Of a DNA stretch of 64,000 bases, positions 45,470 through 54,152 are shown one piece after another. This DNA comes from Chloroflexota bacterium (GTDB lineage Bacteria; Chloroflexota; Dehalococcoidia; UBA2979): assembly GCA_947472995.1 (NCBI GenBank), contig CANJBO010000008.1, forward strand, positions 1,538 through 65,537, in the 5' to 3' direction. The notes beneath the pieces are model-generated. The model worked only from the letters and a program-made list of their open reading frames with translations, was not told where the DNA came from and ran no database searches. Each line of letters begins with the position of its first letter. Within the stretch, counting starts at the first letter, position 1. A program made the translations under genes and the position numbers.

Positions 45470-46419
45470 GCGGTGACTCCCGCCGGGGCGCCGTGGATCG
45501 CCGTGCGCAACGCGCGCCGCACGAGGCCCTCGTCACCGAGCCAGCGCCGCAGCTCCTTCTCCAGCGCCGCGATCGGCACGAGGTTCTGCGGCGCGCGTGC
45601 GTCGAGGTGCAGCGGCATCGCCGCGAGCGGCAGCAGTGCGGCGGTGCGGTCCGCGATCACGCGGGCGCGCTCGACGCCGATCGCGGCGGAGACCTCGAGG
45701 CGCGCGATGCCCGACCACGAGTGGCCGTGCGGGATGTCCGCCAGCCGCACGTACCAGGAGTAGCGCTCGAACTTCTCGGTGGTGCCGAAGAGCGGCGTGC
45801 GCTCGCCGGCGCGGAGCGCCGCGATCACGCGCGACTGCGGTGGCTCGAGGTACGTGCGGTTGTGGCTCTTGATGTAGCCGACGGCGTGCAGCGGGCCAGT
45901 GTCGTCGATGCGTCCGTCCTTCACCACGAAACAGTCCGCCGTCGCGATGCGCTCGACGAGCGCCGTCTCCGTGCGCGCGCGACGCCCGCCGAGCAGCGCC
46001 TGGAACGACGCGAGGTCGCGCGCCTGGCACGCCTCGACCGTGTACTCGAGGCCGGGGACGACCGGGAAGTCGGGCGAGGCGCCGTCGCCGAAGATCGCGA
46101 GCCGCGAGACGCCGATCTCCGCGAACGTCGAGGCTCCGACGGTGCGGTCCCACACCGTCGCGCCGACGGCGTACACGGCGCAGATGCCCGGCAGTGGTCC
46201 CGCATCTGGATCGTCGAGGGTGAGCCGGGCCTCGAGGCGCTGCACGCCGTCGACGAATGCGACACGGCGCACGCCATCGTCACGGCCGGGGAGGGGTTCC
46301 CACGCGCCGCGCATCTCGACCGCAGTGTCGACGACCACTTCGCTGGGGAGCGTGTCCGGGTCGGACTCGAAGGGCGCGCCGTACTCGGGGGACCAGTCCT
46401 CGACGTACAGTCTCGCCAT
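45466..46419 (-). CDS. nurA: NurA-like nuclease (motif-level assignment)
   Basis: 317 aa. VAFVDGVQR (first acidic motif), CFVVKDGRI, GYIKSHN, RYSWYVRL. ATGA overlap with the herA start. Pairing with HerA supports the call. Confidence 0.6.
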   Translation of the reverse strand: MARLYVEDWSPEYGAPFESDPDTLPSEVVVDTAVEMRGAWEPLPGRDDGVRRVAFVDGVQRLEARLTLDDPDAGPLPGICAVYAVGATVWDRTVGASTFAEIGVSRLAIFGDGASPDFPVVPGLEYTVEACQARDLASFQALLGGRRARTETALVERIATADCFVVKDGRIDDTGPLHAVGYIKSHNRTYLEPPQSRVIAALRAGERTPLFGTTEKFERYSWYVRLADIPHGHSWSGIARLEVSAAIGVERARVIADRTAALLPLAAMPLHLDARAPQNLVPIAALEKELRRWLGDEGLVRRALRTAIHGAPAGVTA

Positions 46420-46428
46420 CTCGCGCCG

Positions 46429-46434
46429 ATTCTA
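46429..46434 (-). promoter_or_regulatory. -10-like TAGAAT 9 nt upstream of the nurA ATG (near-leaderless, no Shine-Dalgarno)
   Basis: Minus strand: gcgcgTAGAATcggcgcgagATG. Confidence 0.4.
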
Positions 46435-46449
46435 CGCGCTGAGAGGGCA

Positions 46450-46461
46450 GAACGCACGTTC
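46450..46461. promoter_or_regulatory. LexA (SOS) box candidate GAACGCACGTTC (GAAC-N4-GTTC)
   Basis: Perfect inverted half-sites read directly (context cAGAACGCACGTTCGAc). Sits where the -35 of the nurA promoter would be, 31-42 nt upstream of the nurA ATG. Confidence 0.55.
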
Positions 46462-46545
46462 GACGCACCCGCCTACGCGGTTATTCACCTCGTCTCGTCA
46501 CACGAGCGTGGCAGAATCTACCCGCACCTCCCGAGGAGACCCCCG

Positions 46546-47760
46546 ATGAGCAGCGGATCGAACAGCGAACCGCCCCGTTCCCGCCCGCCCCGCCGGCCGG
46601 TGATGCGCGTCGCGAGCGACCCGCTCGGCTCGGCGCGTGCGCTCGCGCCCGTCATCCGCGAGGCGGCCCCGGCGATCGAGCGTGACCGGCGCGTGCCCCT
46701 CGATCTCATCGACGCGCTGCGGGACGCCGGGCTGTTCCACATGCTCATCCCGCGCGCGCTCGGCGGCGCCGAGGTCGATCCGGTGCTGGCCGCACAGGTG
46801 GTCGAGGAGATCGCGGCGGCGGATGCCTCGACGGGCTGGGTCGTCATGCTCGCCATGCAGTCGAACGCATTCGCCGGGTTCATGGACGAGCCGAGCGCCC
46901 TCGAGGTGTGGGGCAACGGCGGCATCATCGCCGGTACCGCGCGCCCGATCGGCCGCGCCGTCGCGGTCGAGTCGCCCGAGGAGCACGGCTACCTCGTCAG
47001 CGGTCGCTGGCCGTTCGCGAGCGGGAGCAGCCACGCGGACTGGTTCCTCGCGGAGTGCATGGTCTACGACGGCGACGTGCTGCGGCAGGACGCGCAGGGC
47101 AACGACGTCTCGCGCATGCTCCTCGTCCCGCGCGAGGACGTGACCATCCTCGACACGTGGAACACCACCGGCCTGCGTGGCACCGCCAGCAACGACTTCA
47201 CCGTCGACGGCGTGTACGTGCCGCACGCACGCGGCCTGTCGATGCAGACGCTGGAGCCGAGGCAGACGTGGGCGCTCTACTCGACGCCGCCGATCGCGTT
47301 CGTGAACCACGGCAGTCACGCCCTCGGCGTCGCACGCGCGTCGCTCGAGGCGGCGGTCGAGCTCATCTCGCAGAAGCGCGGCTGGGGTGACGTCCCGCTG
47401 CGCGAGGTGCCGCGCATGCAGGCGATCGTCGCGGAGGCCACCGCCGAGATCGAGGCAGCGCGCGCGTTCCTCTACGGCGCCGCGCGCGAGCTCTGGACCG
47501 CGGCGACCTCGGACGGCGCGACGCCGGTGCAGCGATCGCGCGCGCGCCTCGCCGCGAGCCACGCGATGACGGCGTCGCTGCGCGTCGTGGACTCGCTGCA
47601 CCGCGCGCTGGGCACGACGGCGATCGTCTCCGGCACGACGCTCGACCGCTGCTTCCGCGACCTGCACACCGCAAGCGCCCACGTCATGGTCGGCCCGCTG
47701 ACGTACGAGGCCGCCGGCCGCGTCGAGCTAGGCCTCGACGCCGCGTTCCCGCTGTTCTAG
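46546..47760 (+). CDS. acyl-CoA dehydrogenase family protein (possibly flavin-dependent monooxygenase subgroup)
   Basis: Internal ATG preceded by GAGGAG. ...IDALRDAGLFHMLIPRALGG...GRWPFASGSSHADWF...WNTTGLRGTASNDFTVDGVYVP...FRDLHTASAH. Confidence 0.82.
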   Translation: MSSGSNSEPPRSRPPRRPVMRVASDPLGSARALAPVIREAAPAIERDRRVPLDLIDALRDAGLFHMLIPRALGGAEVDPVLAAQVVEEIAAADASTGWVVMLAMQSNAFAGFMDEPSALEVWGNGGIIAGTARPIGRAVAVESPEEHGYLVSGRWPFASGSSHADWFLAECMVYDGDVLRQDAQGNDVSRMLLVPREDVTILDTWNTTGLRGTASNDFTVDGVYVPHARGLSMQTLEPRQTWALYSTPPIAFVNHGSHALGVARASLEAAVELISQKRGWGDVPLREVPRMQAIVAEATAEIEAARAFLYGAARELWTAATSDGATPVQRSRARLAASHAMTASLRVVDSLHRALGTTAIVSGTTLDRCFRDLHTASAHVMVGPLTYEAAGRVELGLDAAFPLF

Positions 47761-47787
47761 GGGTGATGCCGCGGGCTCCGGGGGCGT

Positions 47788-47852
47788 GGGGGCGCAGCCC
47801 CCACATCTCATTCAGAACCCCTCCCGCGCCGGGAGGGGCAGGGGTGGGCCGC
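47788..47852 (+). repeat. composite palindromic repeat (GGGGGC-gca-GCCCCC hairpin plus CCCCTCCCGCGCCGGGAGGGG plus CAGGGGTGGGCCGCC)
   Basis: Read directly. Core identical to 4933..4970. Confidence 0.88.
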
Positions 47853-47934
47853 CGGGCTCGTGCATCGGAGTTCGTTCGCGACCTGCAGATCGCGGGAGCC
47901 ATGTCGAGCTGGCTCGACCTTGCTTTCGAAGGCA

Positions 47935-48034
47935 GAGGCCCTCACCCCAACCCTCTCCCATGAATGGGAGAGGGAGCCGGAGGCGCATTCAGAACCCTCG
48001 CCCATTCAGGGGGGAGGGGCAGGGTGAGGGCCTC
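47935..48034. repeat. inverted pair of palindromic units (outer stem GAGGCCCTCACCC / GGGTGAGGGCCTC; inner CCCTCTCCCATGAATGGGAGAGGG)
   Basis: Read directly. Same architecture as 21697..21782. Confidence 0.88.
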
Positions 48035-48039
48035 CGGCG

Positions 48040-49842
48040 CTACGCGTCCTTCCAGACGTGCTTCATCGAGCCCCAGTTCCAGCCGGGGACGGGGCGGAAG
48101 TTGTGGAGCTTCTTGCTCGACACGATTGGCGAGTCGGGGGCGGGCCAGTAGAACGACCAGACGTTGCGCGCCATGCGGCGCTGCATGTCGTAGATCAGTT
48201 CGCGGCGCGCGGTGCGGTCCTGCGTGACGCGCTGCTTCTCCGCGACCTCGCGGAACGCGCGGTACTCCTCGTCGACCTGGGCGAGGCCGCCCCACACGTC
48301 CGCACCGCCGACGGTCGTGCCGCCGAGGCCGACCTGCCCGTAGGCGTAGGACTGGATGTCCGGGCGCGCGACGGCGGACTGGTAGATGCCGCGGCCCGGG
48401 AACGTCTCGCCGCCGATGTGCGCTGCGTGCTCCACGATGCGCGTCTCCTGCACGACACCCACGCCGCCGAGCATCGAGCTCATCAGGTCCGCGTAGCGGT
48501 ACGTGGTCGTGTAGGCGCTGTTGTTCGAGGTCTGGAGCACGAACTTCAGCTTCTCCTGCCCGGCGGCCAGCAGCAGTCGCTTCGCCTCGGTCGGGTCGTA
48601 GGTGAAGTACTTGCCGTCGTCTTCCATCTTCGCGGGGTCGAGGGCCCAGTAGCTGAGCCACGGAAGCACCATCGTCCCGTTGCGGCCGCGGCCGAGCAGG
48701 AGGTTCTTGATCCACGCCTCGCGGTCGATCGCGAGCGCCAGCGCGCGGCGCACGCGCACGTCGTTGAACGGCGCGCTCCGCATGTCGAAGATCCACGGGT
48801 TCCACGCTATGCACGGCTGCCAGTCGACGTTCACCTTCTCCGACTGCTGGAGCTGCGTCGCCTGCGCCACCGTCACCTGCGTCAGCGGCCCGAACGCGTC
48901 GAGACGGCCGGCCTCGAGGGCGGCGGCGGCATCGACGGGGTCGGCGATCAGCGGATGCTCGATCTCATCGACGAGCGCGACGCTGGTGTCGTAGTAGTTG
49001 GGGTTGCGGCGGAGCTTGAAGCCGCTCGCGGCGCTGTGCTCCACGGGGTAGTACGCGCCGCCGCCGCGGATCTGGTCGATCCCGGTGATCTCGCCCCAGC
49101 CGCCCGGCGCCGTTCCCGGTTGCGCGCCCTGCTTCGTCACGACGTCCTTGTGCTGGATGGTCCACCAGTGCGAGCCCATCATCGAGAGGAAGTCCGCGTC
49201 GGGCCGCGCGATCTTGATCTGCACCGTCGCGTCGTCGATGGCGCGCGCATTGACCTGCTTCCGCGTGTAGAGGTCCGGCAGGTTGCCCTCGAGGAGCCCC
49301 GGGCGCGCCGGGCGCACCGCCGCCTGGCGGTTCAGGCTCCACACGACGTCCTCGGCCTTCACCTCCAGGCCGTCCGAGGTCTTCACGCCTCGACGCAGCT
49401 TGAAGTTCCACGTCAGCCCGCCGTCGGGCGTCTCCCACGACTCCGCGAGGTCGGGCAGGACGCCCTCGACCGGGCCGGGGCGGCCGGGTCGCTCGTCCCA
49501 CTGCACGAGCTTCACGCCGGCGAGGTTCGCGACCGAGCCGATCGCCGCGCTGCCGAGGCGGTCGTAGTCGAAGCCGGCGACGTCACTGGTCAGCTGCCCG
49601 CCGATGCGCAGCGTCCCGCCGCGCCTCGGCGCCTGTCCGGTCGTCGTCGCGGGCGTGGCAGTGGGCGTGGTCGCCGGGACCGCGGTGCCCGTCGGCAGCG
49701 GCGGCGTCGTGCGCGTGTCGCAGCCGAGGAGCGCCGCGCCCGCGAGGACGACGGCGCCGCCGGCGCCCCGGCGGATCAGCGCGCGCCGCGAGACGCGCCC
49801 GTTCGGCCGGTTCGCGGATCGTGACCAGTAGGACGAGTCCAT
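48040..49842 (-). CDS. ABC transporter substrate-binding protein, family 5 (peptide/nickel type), Tat signal plus lipobox
   Basis: Internal ATG of the 701-aa ORF: MDSSYWSRSANRPNGRVSRRALIRRGAGGAVVLAGAALLGCD. Long SBP_bac_5-type body. No cognate permease or ATPase nearby. Confidence 0.85.
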   Translation of the reverse strand: MDSSYWSRSANRPNGRVSRRALIRRGAGGAVVLAGAALLGCDTRTTPPLPTGTAVPATTPTATPATTTGQAPRRGGTLRIGGQLTSDVAGFDYDRLGSAAIGSVANLAGVKLVQWDERPGRPGPVEGVLPDLAESWETPDGGLTWNFKLRRGVKTSDGLEVKAEDVVWSLNRQAAVRPARPGLLEGNLPDLYTRKQVNARAIDDATVQIKIARPDADFLSMMGSHWWTIQHKDVVTKQGAQPGTAPGGWGEITGIDQIRGGGAYYPVEHSAASGFKLRRNPNYYDTSVALVDEIEHPLIADPVDAAAALEAGRLDAFGPLTQVTVAQATQLQQSEKVNVDWQPCIAWNPWIFDMRSAPFNDVRVRRALALAIDREAWIKNLLLGRGRNGTMVLPWLSYWALDPAKMEDDGKYFTYDPTEAKRLLLAAGQEKLKFVLQTSNNSAYTTTYRYADLMSSMLGGVGVVQETRIVEHAAHIGGETFPGRGIYQSAVARPDIQSYAYGQVGLGGTTVGGADVWGGLAQVDEEYRAFREVAEKQRVTQDRTARRELIYDMQRRMARNVWSFYWPAPDSPIVSSKKLHNFRPVPGWNWGSMKHVWKDA

Positions 49843-49954
49843 GACGCTCCCGGTTGGAGTGGCGATGCGGTCGCGCGGGGGCGGGGCCCGCGTGCCATGC
49901 CGACCGTACCGCGACGGCGCGGCCCGCGCGAGTTGCCGAGGCTGCCAGCACTCA

Positions 49955-49983
49955 TTGACAGCGCCCGGAGGCAGGCCTACGTT
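49955..49983 (+). promoter_or_regulatory. sigma70-type promoter candidate: -35 TTGACA, 17-nt spacer, -10 TACGTT
   Basis: cTTGACAgcgcccggaggcaggccTACGTTccc, 65 nt upstream of ATG 50048 in the divergent spacer. Confidence 0.4.
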
Positions 49984-50047
49984 CCCGCCGGCCCCCGCGG
50001 GCGTCCCCGACGGCCATGCCGCGCACCGACAGAGAGACGAGCCTCCC

Positions 50048-50980
50048 ATGTACCTCAACGCCTTCGCGGCGAACCTCGCCGGCCTCGACATGACGACGAC
50101 CGACGAGTTCGCGAGCCTCATCCAGAGCGCGGGCGACCTGAACATCCCGCACCGGCTGCCGGTCCAGTGCTGGTCGAGGCAGACCGTCGTGAACGGGATG
50201 CGCTTCCACTACCTCGAATGGGGCGACCCGGCGAACCCGGCGCTCGTCCTCTCGCACGGCGGCAACCAGACGGCGCACTCCTGGGACCTCGTCAGCCTCG
50301 TGCTCGCGCAGCAGTTCCACGTCTTCGTCCCGGACCACCGCGGGCACGGCGACAGCGAGCAGCCGCGCGACGGCGAGATGAGCCAGGTGCAGATGGCGGA
50401 GGACCTGCGCGGGCTCTTCGGCGCGTGGGGCGTCGACAAGCCGATCCTCTTCGGCCACTCGATGGGCGGCATCCTGTCCATGTTCATGCTGTCGAAGCAC
50501 CCGGAGCTGGTGAGCCGCGTGCTGTTCGTCGACATCGCGCCCGAGCCGGGCGGGACCGGCGGCACGGCGATGCGCGACTTCGCGCGCGCCAACCGCGAGT
50601 TCGACTCGATGGAGCAGTTCATCGAGAACGTCCGGAAGTACGACCCGTTCCGTTCCGAGGAGCACATCCGCCGCACCGCGCGCTACAACCTGCTCCAGCG
50701 CGCCGACGGCAAGTTCGTCTCGAAGCACGTGGACCGCACCGAGCTGCGGAACATGGTGCGACCGACGTTCGAGGACGTCGCCGTGATCGACTGCCCCGCG
50801 CTCGTCGTGCGCGGTGGCGAGAGCAACGTGCTGTCGCCGGAGGGGGCGGTCCGCTTCGCGGAGGCGATGCCGCAGGGGCAGACCGTGACGGTGCCGAACT
50901 GCGGCCACAATGTGCACTCGCAGAACACCCCGGGGTTCCTCGAGGTGGCGCTGCCGTTCATCGGGTTCCGGGCGGACTAG
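50048..50980 (+). CDS. alpha/beta-fold hydrolase
   Basis: ...ALVLSHGGNQTAHSW...DHRGHGDS...LFGHSMGG (nucleophile elbow)...CGHNVH. Confidence 0.85.
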   Translation: MYLNAFAANLAGLDMTTTDEFASLIQSAGDLNIPHRLPVQCWSRQTVVNGMRFHYLEWGDPANPALVLSHGGNQTAHSWDLVSLVLAQQFHVFVPDHRGHGDSEQPRDGEMSQVQMAEDLRGLFGAWGVDKPILFGHSMGGILSMFMLSKHPELVSRVLFVDIAPEPGGTGGTAMRDFARANREFDSMEQFIENVRKYDPFRSEEHIRRTARYNLLQRADGKFVSKHVDRTELRNMVRPTFEDVAVIDCPALVVRGGESNVLSPEGAVRFAEAMPQGQTVTVPNCGHNVHSQNTPGFLEVALPFIGFRAD

Positions 50981-52242
50981 CCGGTCGCGCGTTCGCGTCG
51001 ACGGCCCTCGACGGGGCCGGTCTCCGGCATCGCCAGCGCGCAGGCGACGAGCACCAGCGACAGCGCGCACGCGATCGCGAGGCCGAGGACGAACGACCCC
51101 GACGCGTCACGTAGCGCGCCCACCATCAGCGGCACCACGAACCCGGCGAGGTTGCCCGCGCCCAGCACGATCGCGACCGCGATCCCGACGCGCGCGCCCG
51201 TCATGCCTCGGATCTCCATCGGGATCGTGAAGACGATCGGCATGAAGATCCAGCCGGCGATGCCGAGCATGATCACGCTTGGGTACAGCAACAGCGGCAC
51301 GTCCATCGCGATCGCGCCCGCCGCGAACAGCGGGATGCCGAGGCCGCCCGCGATCAGGAACGGCCGCCGTCGCGGCAGCCGCACCGGCAGTGCCGACCCG
51401 AGCACGGCGCCGAGGATGCCGAAGAACGACAGCAGCGCCGTCATCCCCCCGGCCTCCTCCAGCGTGTAGGCCCACTGCTCGTGGTAGTAGGTGGGCAGCC
51501 ACGACTGGAGCGAGATGAACGCGCCGAGCGCGCCGGCGAGGCCCGTCGCCAGCAGCACGACCGTCCGGTCGCACAGCACGACGCCGAGGTCGCGCACGCT
51601 GAACGCCGCCTCCGCGAGCGCACCCTCGACGTCGCGGCCGAGGAGGAGCCAGAGCGCCGACGCGCCGAGCGCCATCACGCCGAACACGCACAGCGCGCCG
51701 TCCCAGCCGAGCGTCGCGGCGATCCTCGGCCCCACGAGCATCGAGGTCATCACGCCGAGGCTCTGCGCGACGACGTTCGCGCCGTTCACGACCGCCAGCT
51801 CGCGGGTCGCGAACCAGCGCATGATCACCGCGGGCGTGGCGCTCAGGTTGATCGCCGCGCCCAGCGCGAACGACACGCGCGTCGCCAGTAGCACCGTGAA
51901 CGACTCCGCGAACGGCGCCAGCGCCGTCAGCCCCATCAGCACGCCGCCGAGGACCAGCGACCACTTCGAACCCAGCCGCGCCGCGAGGATGCTCGCCGGC
52001 ACCAGCGCGATCGCGACGATCAGCGATTGCACGCCGACCAGCAGGCTGACGGTCGCGTTGTCGATGCCGAACGCCTCGATGATCGGCGGGAACAGCGGCG
52101 CGACCGCGAGGAAGCTCAGGCCCATGCAGAACTGGAGCAGCAGGATCGCCGCCTCGATCACGTAGCGGTAGCCGCGCGAGCCGGGCGCCGTGGAGGCGAC
52201 CGGGGCGGGGGGCGCGGGTGCGGTGGCGGCGGCCTGCGTCAT
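50977..52242 (-). CDS. MFS transporter (12 TM)
   Basis: 421 aa, typical MFS hydrophobicity. 4-nt convergent overlap with the hydrolase gene. Confidence 0.82.
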   Translation of the reverse strand: MTQAAATAPAPPAPVASTAPGSRGYRYVIEAAILLLQFCMGLSFLAVAPLFPPIIEAFGIDNATVSLLVGVQSLIVAIALVPASILAARLGSKWSLVLGGVLMGLTALAPFAESFTVLLATRVSFALGAAINLSATPAVIMRWFATRELAVVNGANVVAQSLGVMTSMLVGPRIAATLGWDGALCVFGVMALGASALWLLLGRDVEGALAEAAFSVRDLGVVLCDRTVVLLATGLAGALGAFISLQSWLPTYYHEQWAYTLEEAGGMTALLSFFGILGAVLGSALPVRLPRRRPFLIAGGLGIPLFAAGAIAMDVPLLLYPSVIMLGIAGWIFMPIVFTIPMEIRGMTGARVGIAVAIVLGAGNLAGFVVPLMVGALRDASGSFVLGLAIACALSLVLVACALAMPETGPVEGRRRERATG

Positions 52243-52412
52243 GTGCGGTCTCCTCGCCGGGCGGCGGATGCGCCGGCATCATAGCCGCCGCCTCGCCGCC
52301 CCGGTTTGCCGGGAGCTCAAGGCGCGGCGCGCATACACTCGGTCGGCCCGTCCGAGACGGGCCGCACGCGAAGGGACCACCGGTGCCCCGCCTACCTCGA
52401 TCGGAGCGCCTG

Positions 52413-52931
52413 ATGGCGACCATCCTCCCGCTGCTGATTGCCGTGCTGGTGGGCCTCGGCTCCTCGGCGCAGATCGCGCTGATTGGCGGCATGGCGCGCA
52501 CGCGCAGCGCGCCGGAGGCCACGTTCACCTCGCTCATGGCGACAGTGGCCGGCGTCGCCGTCGTCATCGCGTTCCGGGGCTTTCGAGGTGACCTGCCGCA
52601 GTTCAACGCCCCGCTGGACCGGAGCATCGCGATCGTCGGGGTCGCGGTGGTGTCGGTGATCCTGCTGGTGTTCGCGATGAAGGGGCTGTCACCGGGCTAC
52701 GCGATCACCGGCCTCTTCGCGACGGCGTTCCTGCTGGGCACGGCGTACCTGGGGCCGAAGCTGGGCGTCGCGGTGTTCTTCGCCGCGACGACGGCCGGCT
52801 CGCTGCTCGGCGCGATGGTGTTCGACGCGATCGGCGCGTTCGGCGCGCAGCCGTCGCCGCTCAACCCGCTGCGTGTGCTGGCGGTCGTCGTCGTCTTCGC
52901 GGGCGTCGCGCTGTTCCGCATCGCGCGCTGA
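52413..52931 (+). CDS. DMT-family transporter (DUF606/YdcZ-like, 5 TM)
   Basis: Internal ATG: MATILPLLIAVLVGLGSSAQIALIG.... About 172 aa with five TM helices. Confidence 0.7.
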   Translation: MATILPLLIAVLVGLGSSAQIALIGGMARTRSAPEATFTSLMATVAGVAVVIAFRGFRGDLPQFNAPLDRSIAIVGVAVVSVILLVFAMKGLSPGYAITGLFATAFLLGTAYLGPKLGVAVFFAATTAGSLLGAMVFDAIGAFGAQPSPLNPLRVLAVVVVFAGVALFRIAR

Positions 52932-52950
52932 CGAGGGGCGGCGAGGGGAA

Positions 52951-53068
52951 CCCCCACCCTCACCCTCCCCCGCGAGGGGAGAGGGAACAGAAGCGGGATG
53001 GGAAGAGCGCGACTCTGATCTCTGCTCGCACCCCCTCCCCCCTCGCGGGGGAGGGCTGGGGTGGGGGG
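52951..53068. repeat. inverted pair of palindromic units flanking a 45-bp spacer (CCCCCACCCTCACCCTCCCCCGCGAGGGGAGAGGG ... CCCCCTCCCCCCTCGCGGGGGAGGGCTGGGGTGGGGGG)
   Basis: Read directly between convergent genes. Confidence 0.88.
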
Positions 53069-53088
53069 CTTCGCTGCTCGGGCCTCGG

Positions 53089-54069
53089 CTAGGACAGCTC
53101 GAAGCGCGGCGGCTCTTTCCACTCGGCGGAGGACGGGTTCTCCTGCGCGTCCAGGTTGGCCCGGCGGCGGTCCGCCTCGATCTTCTTCGCCTGCTTGAGG
53201 ACGCGGTCCTCGGCGCGCGCGTGCTCGCGGTCGCGCTCCACCTTCTTCTTGCTCGGCGGGCGGGCGGGGACACCGGCGTGCGCCGTGATGCGCCCTTCCT
53301 CTTCGAGCTGATCGAGGTGCGTGCGGACGTTGCCCTCGGCGGCGCGGCGGAGGCGCGGGTTCACGTCCGGGTAGACCTCCATCATGATCTCCCACGACGT
53401 GAGCTGCTTCCCGCCGTCGAGCGCCTTGAGCACCTGCTGCTCACGCTGGTTGCGGTGGTCGATGTACATCTGGAGCCGCTCGCGCGGGTCGTTCACGATC
53501 GCGCCGTGGCCCGGGCAGATCACCTTCAGGTTCGGCAGCTCCAGCAGCCGTGCGAGGCTGCGCCGGTACGGCCCGAGGTTGCGGATCGTGGTCGTCGAGG
53601 ACCCCAGCAGCGTGTCCCCCGTGAACAGCACCCCCTCGTCCTCGAGGTAGTACGACACGGAGTCGATGCTGTGGCCCGGCGTCGCGATCACCTGCACGCG
53701 CACGCCGCCGTCCAGATCGATGACGTCGCCGTCGGTGACGGTCGCCACCTCCTCGGGCAGGCGGCCCTTGAGCAGCGCCCTGCCGTTGGCGGGGATGACC
53801 ACGTCGGCCTTCAGCTGCTCACTCGCCCACTTGAGGTTGCCCGAGTGGTCCGCGTGATGGTGCGTGATCGTGAGCCGGCCGATCTCGGCCTGCTCGACGG
53901 CGGCGAGGTAGCCGCGCAGGAACCACTGGTACTTCTCCATCGCCTCCCCGGAGTCGATGGTCAGCGACTGCCGGTTCCGCGGCCCGACGAGGTAGATCGA
54001 GGTGAAGCCGGGGTGGTGGGGATTGTCGTCCGGGACCATCGCCGCTCGGACGGACGGGCTGATCTGCAT
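53089..54069 (-). CDS. MBL-fold metallo-hydrolase with C-terminal winged-helix-like domain and charged tail
   Basis: Internal ATG: MQISPSV...ITHHHADHSGN (HxHxDH)...TPGHS...GDTLL...CPGHG, then ...VRTHLDQLEEEGRI and a Lys/Arg/Glu-rich tail. Confidence 0.83.
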   Translation of the reverse strand: MQISPSVRAAMVPDDNPHHPGFTSIYLVGPRNRQSLTIDSGEAMEKYQWFLRGYLAAVEQAEIGRLTITHHHADHSGNLKWASEQLKADVVIPANGRALLKGRLPEEVATVTDGDVIDLDGGVRVQVIATPGHSIDSVSYYLEDEGVLFTGDTLLGSSTTTIRNLGPYRRSLARLLELPNLKVICPGHGAIVNDPRERLQMYIDHRNQREQQVLKALDGGKQLTSWEIMMEVYPDVNPRLRRAAEGNVRTHLDQLEEEGRITAHAGVPARPPSKKKVERDREHARAEDRVLKQAKKIEADRRRANLDAQENPSSAEWKEPPRFELS

Positions 54070-54152
54070 GGTGACCTCGCATCCGACGCGCTGAGACGAG
54101 GGGAGCATAGCGGAACCGTCGAGCGCGCGAGCGCGAAAAAATCGGCGAGAGA

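Noticed and set aside
39877-46419. Interpreting the HerA/NurA/SbcCD block as an anti-phage defence island (HerA-associated or SMC-like defence systems)
   Set aside because: There are no Sir2, DUF4297 or other effector domains and no flanking mobile or defence genes. The context is housekeeping, and a LexA-type box sits upstream. A DNA-repair role is more parsimonious, but phage assays would be needed to exclude defence.
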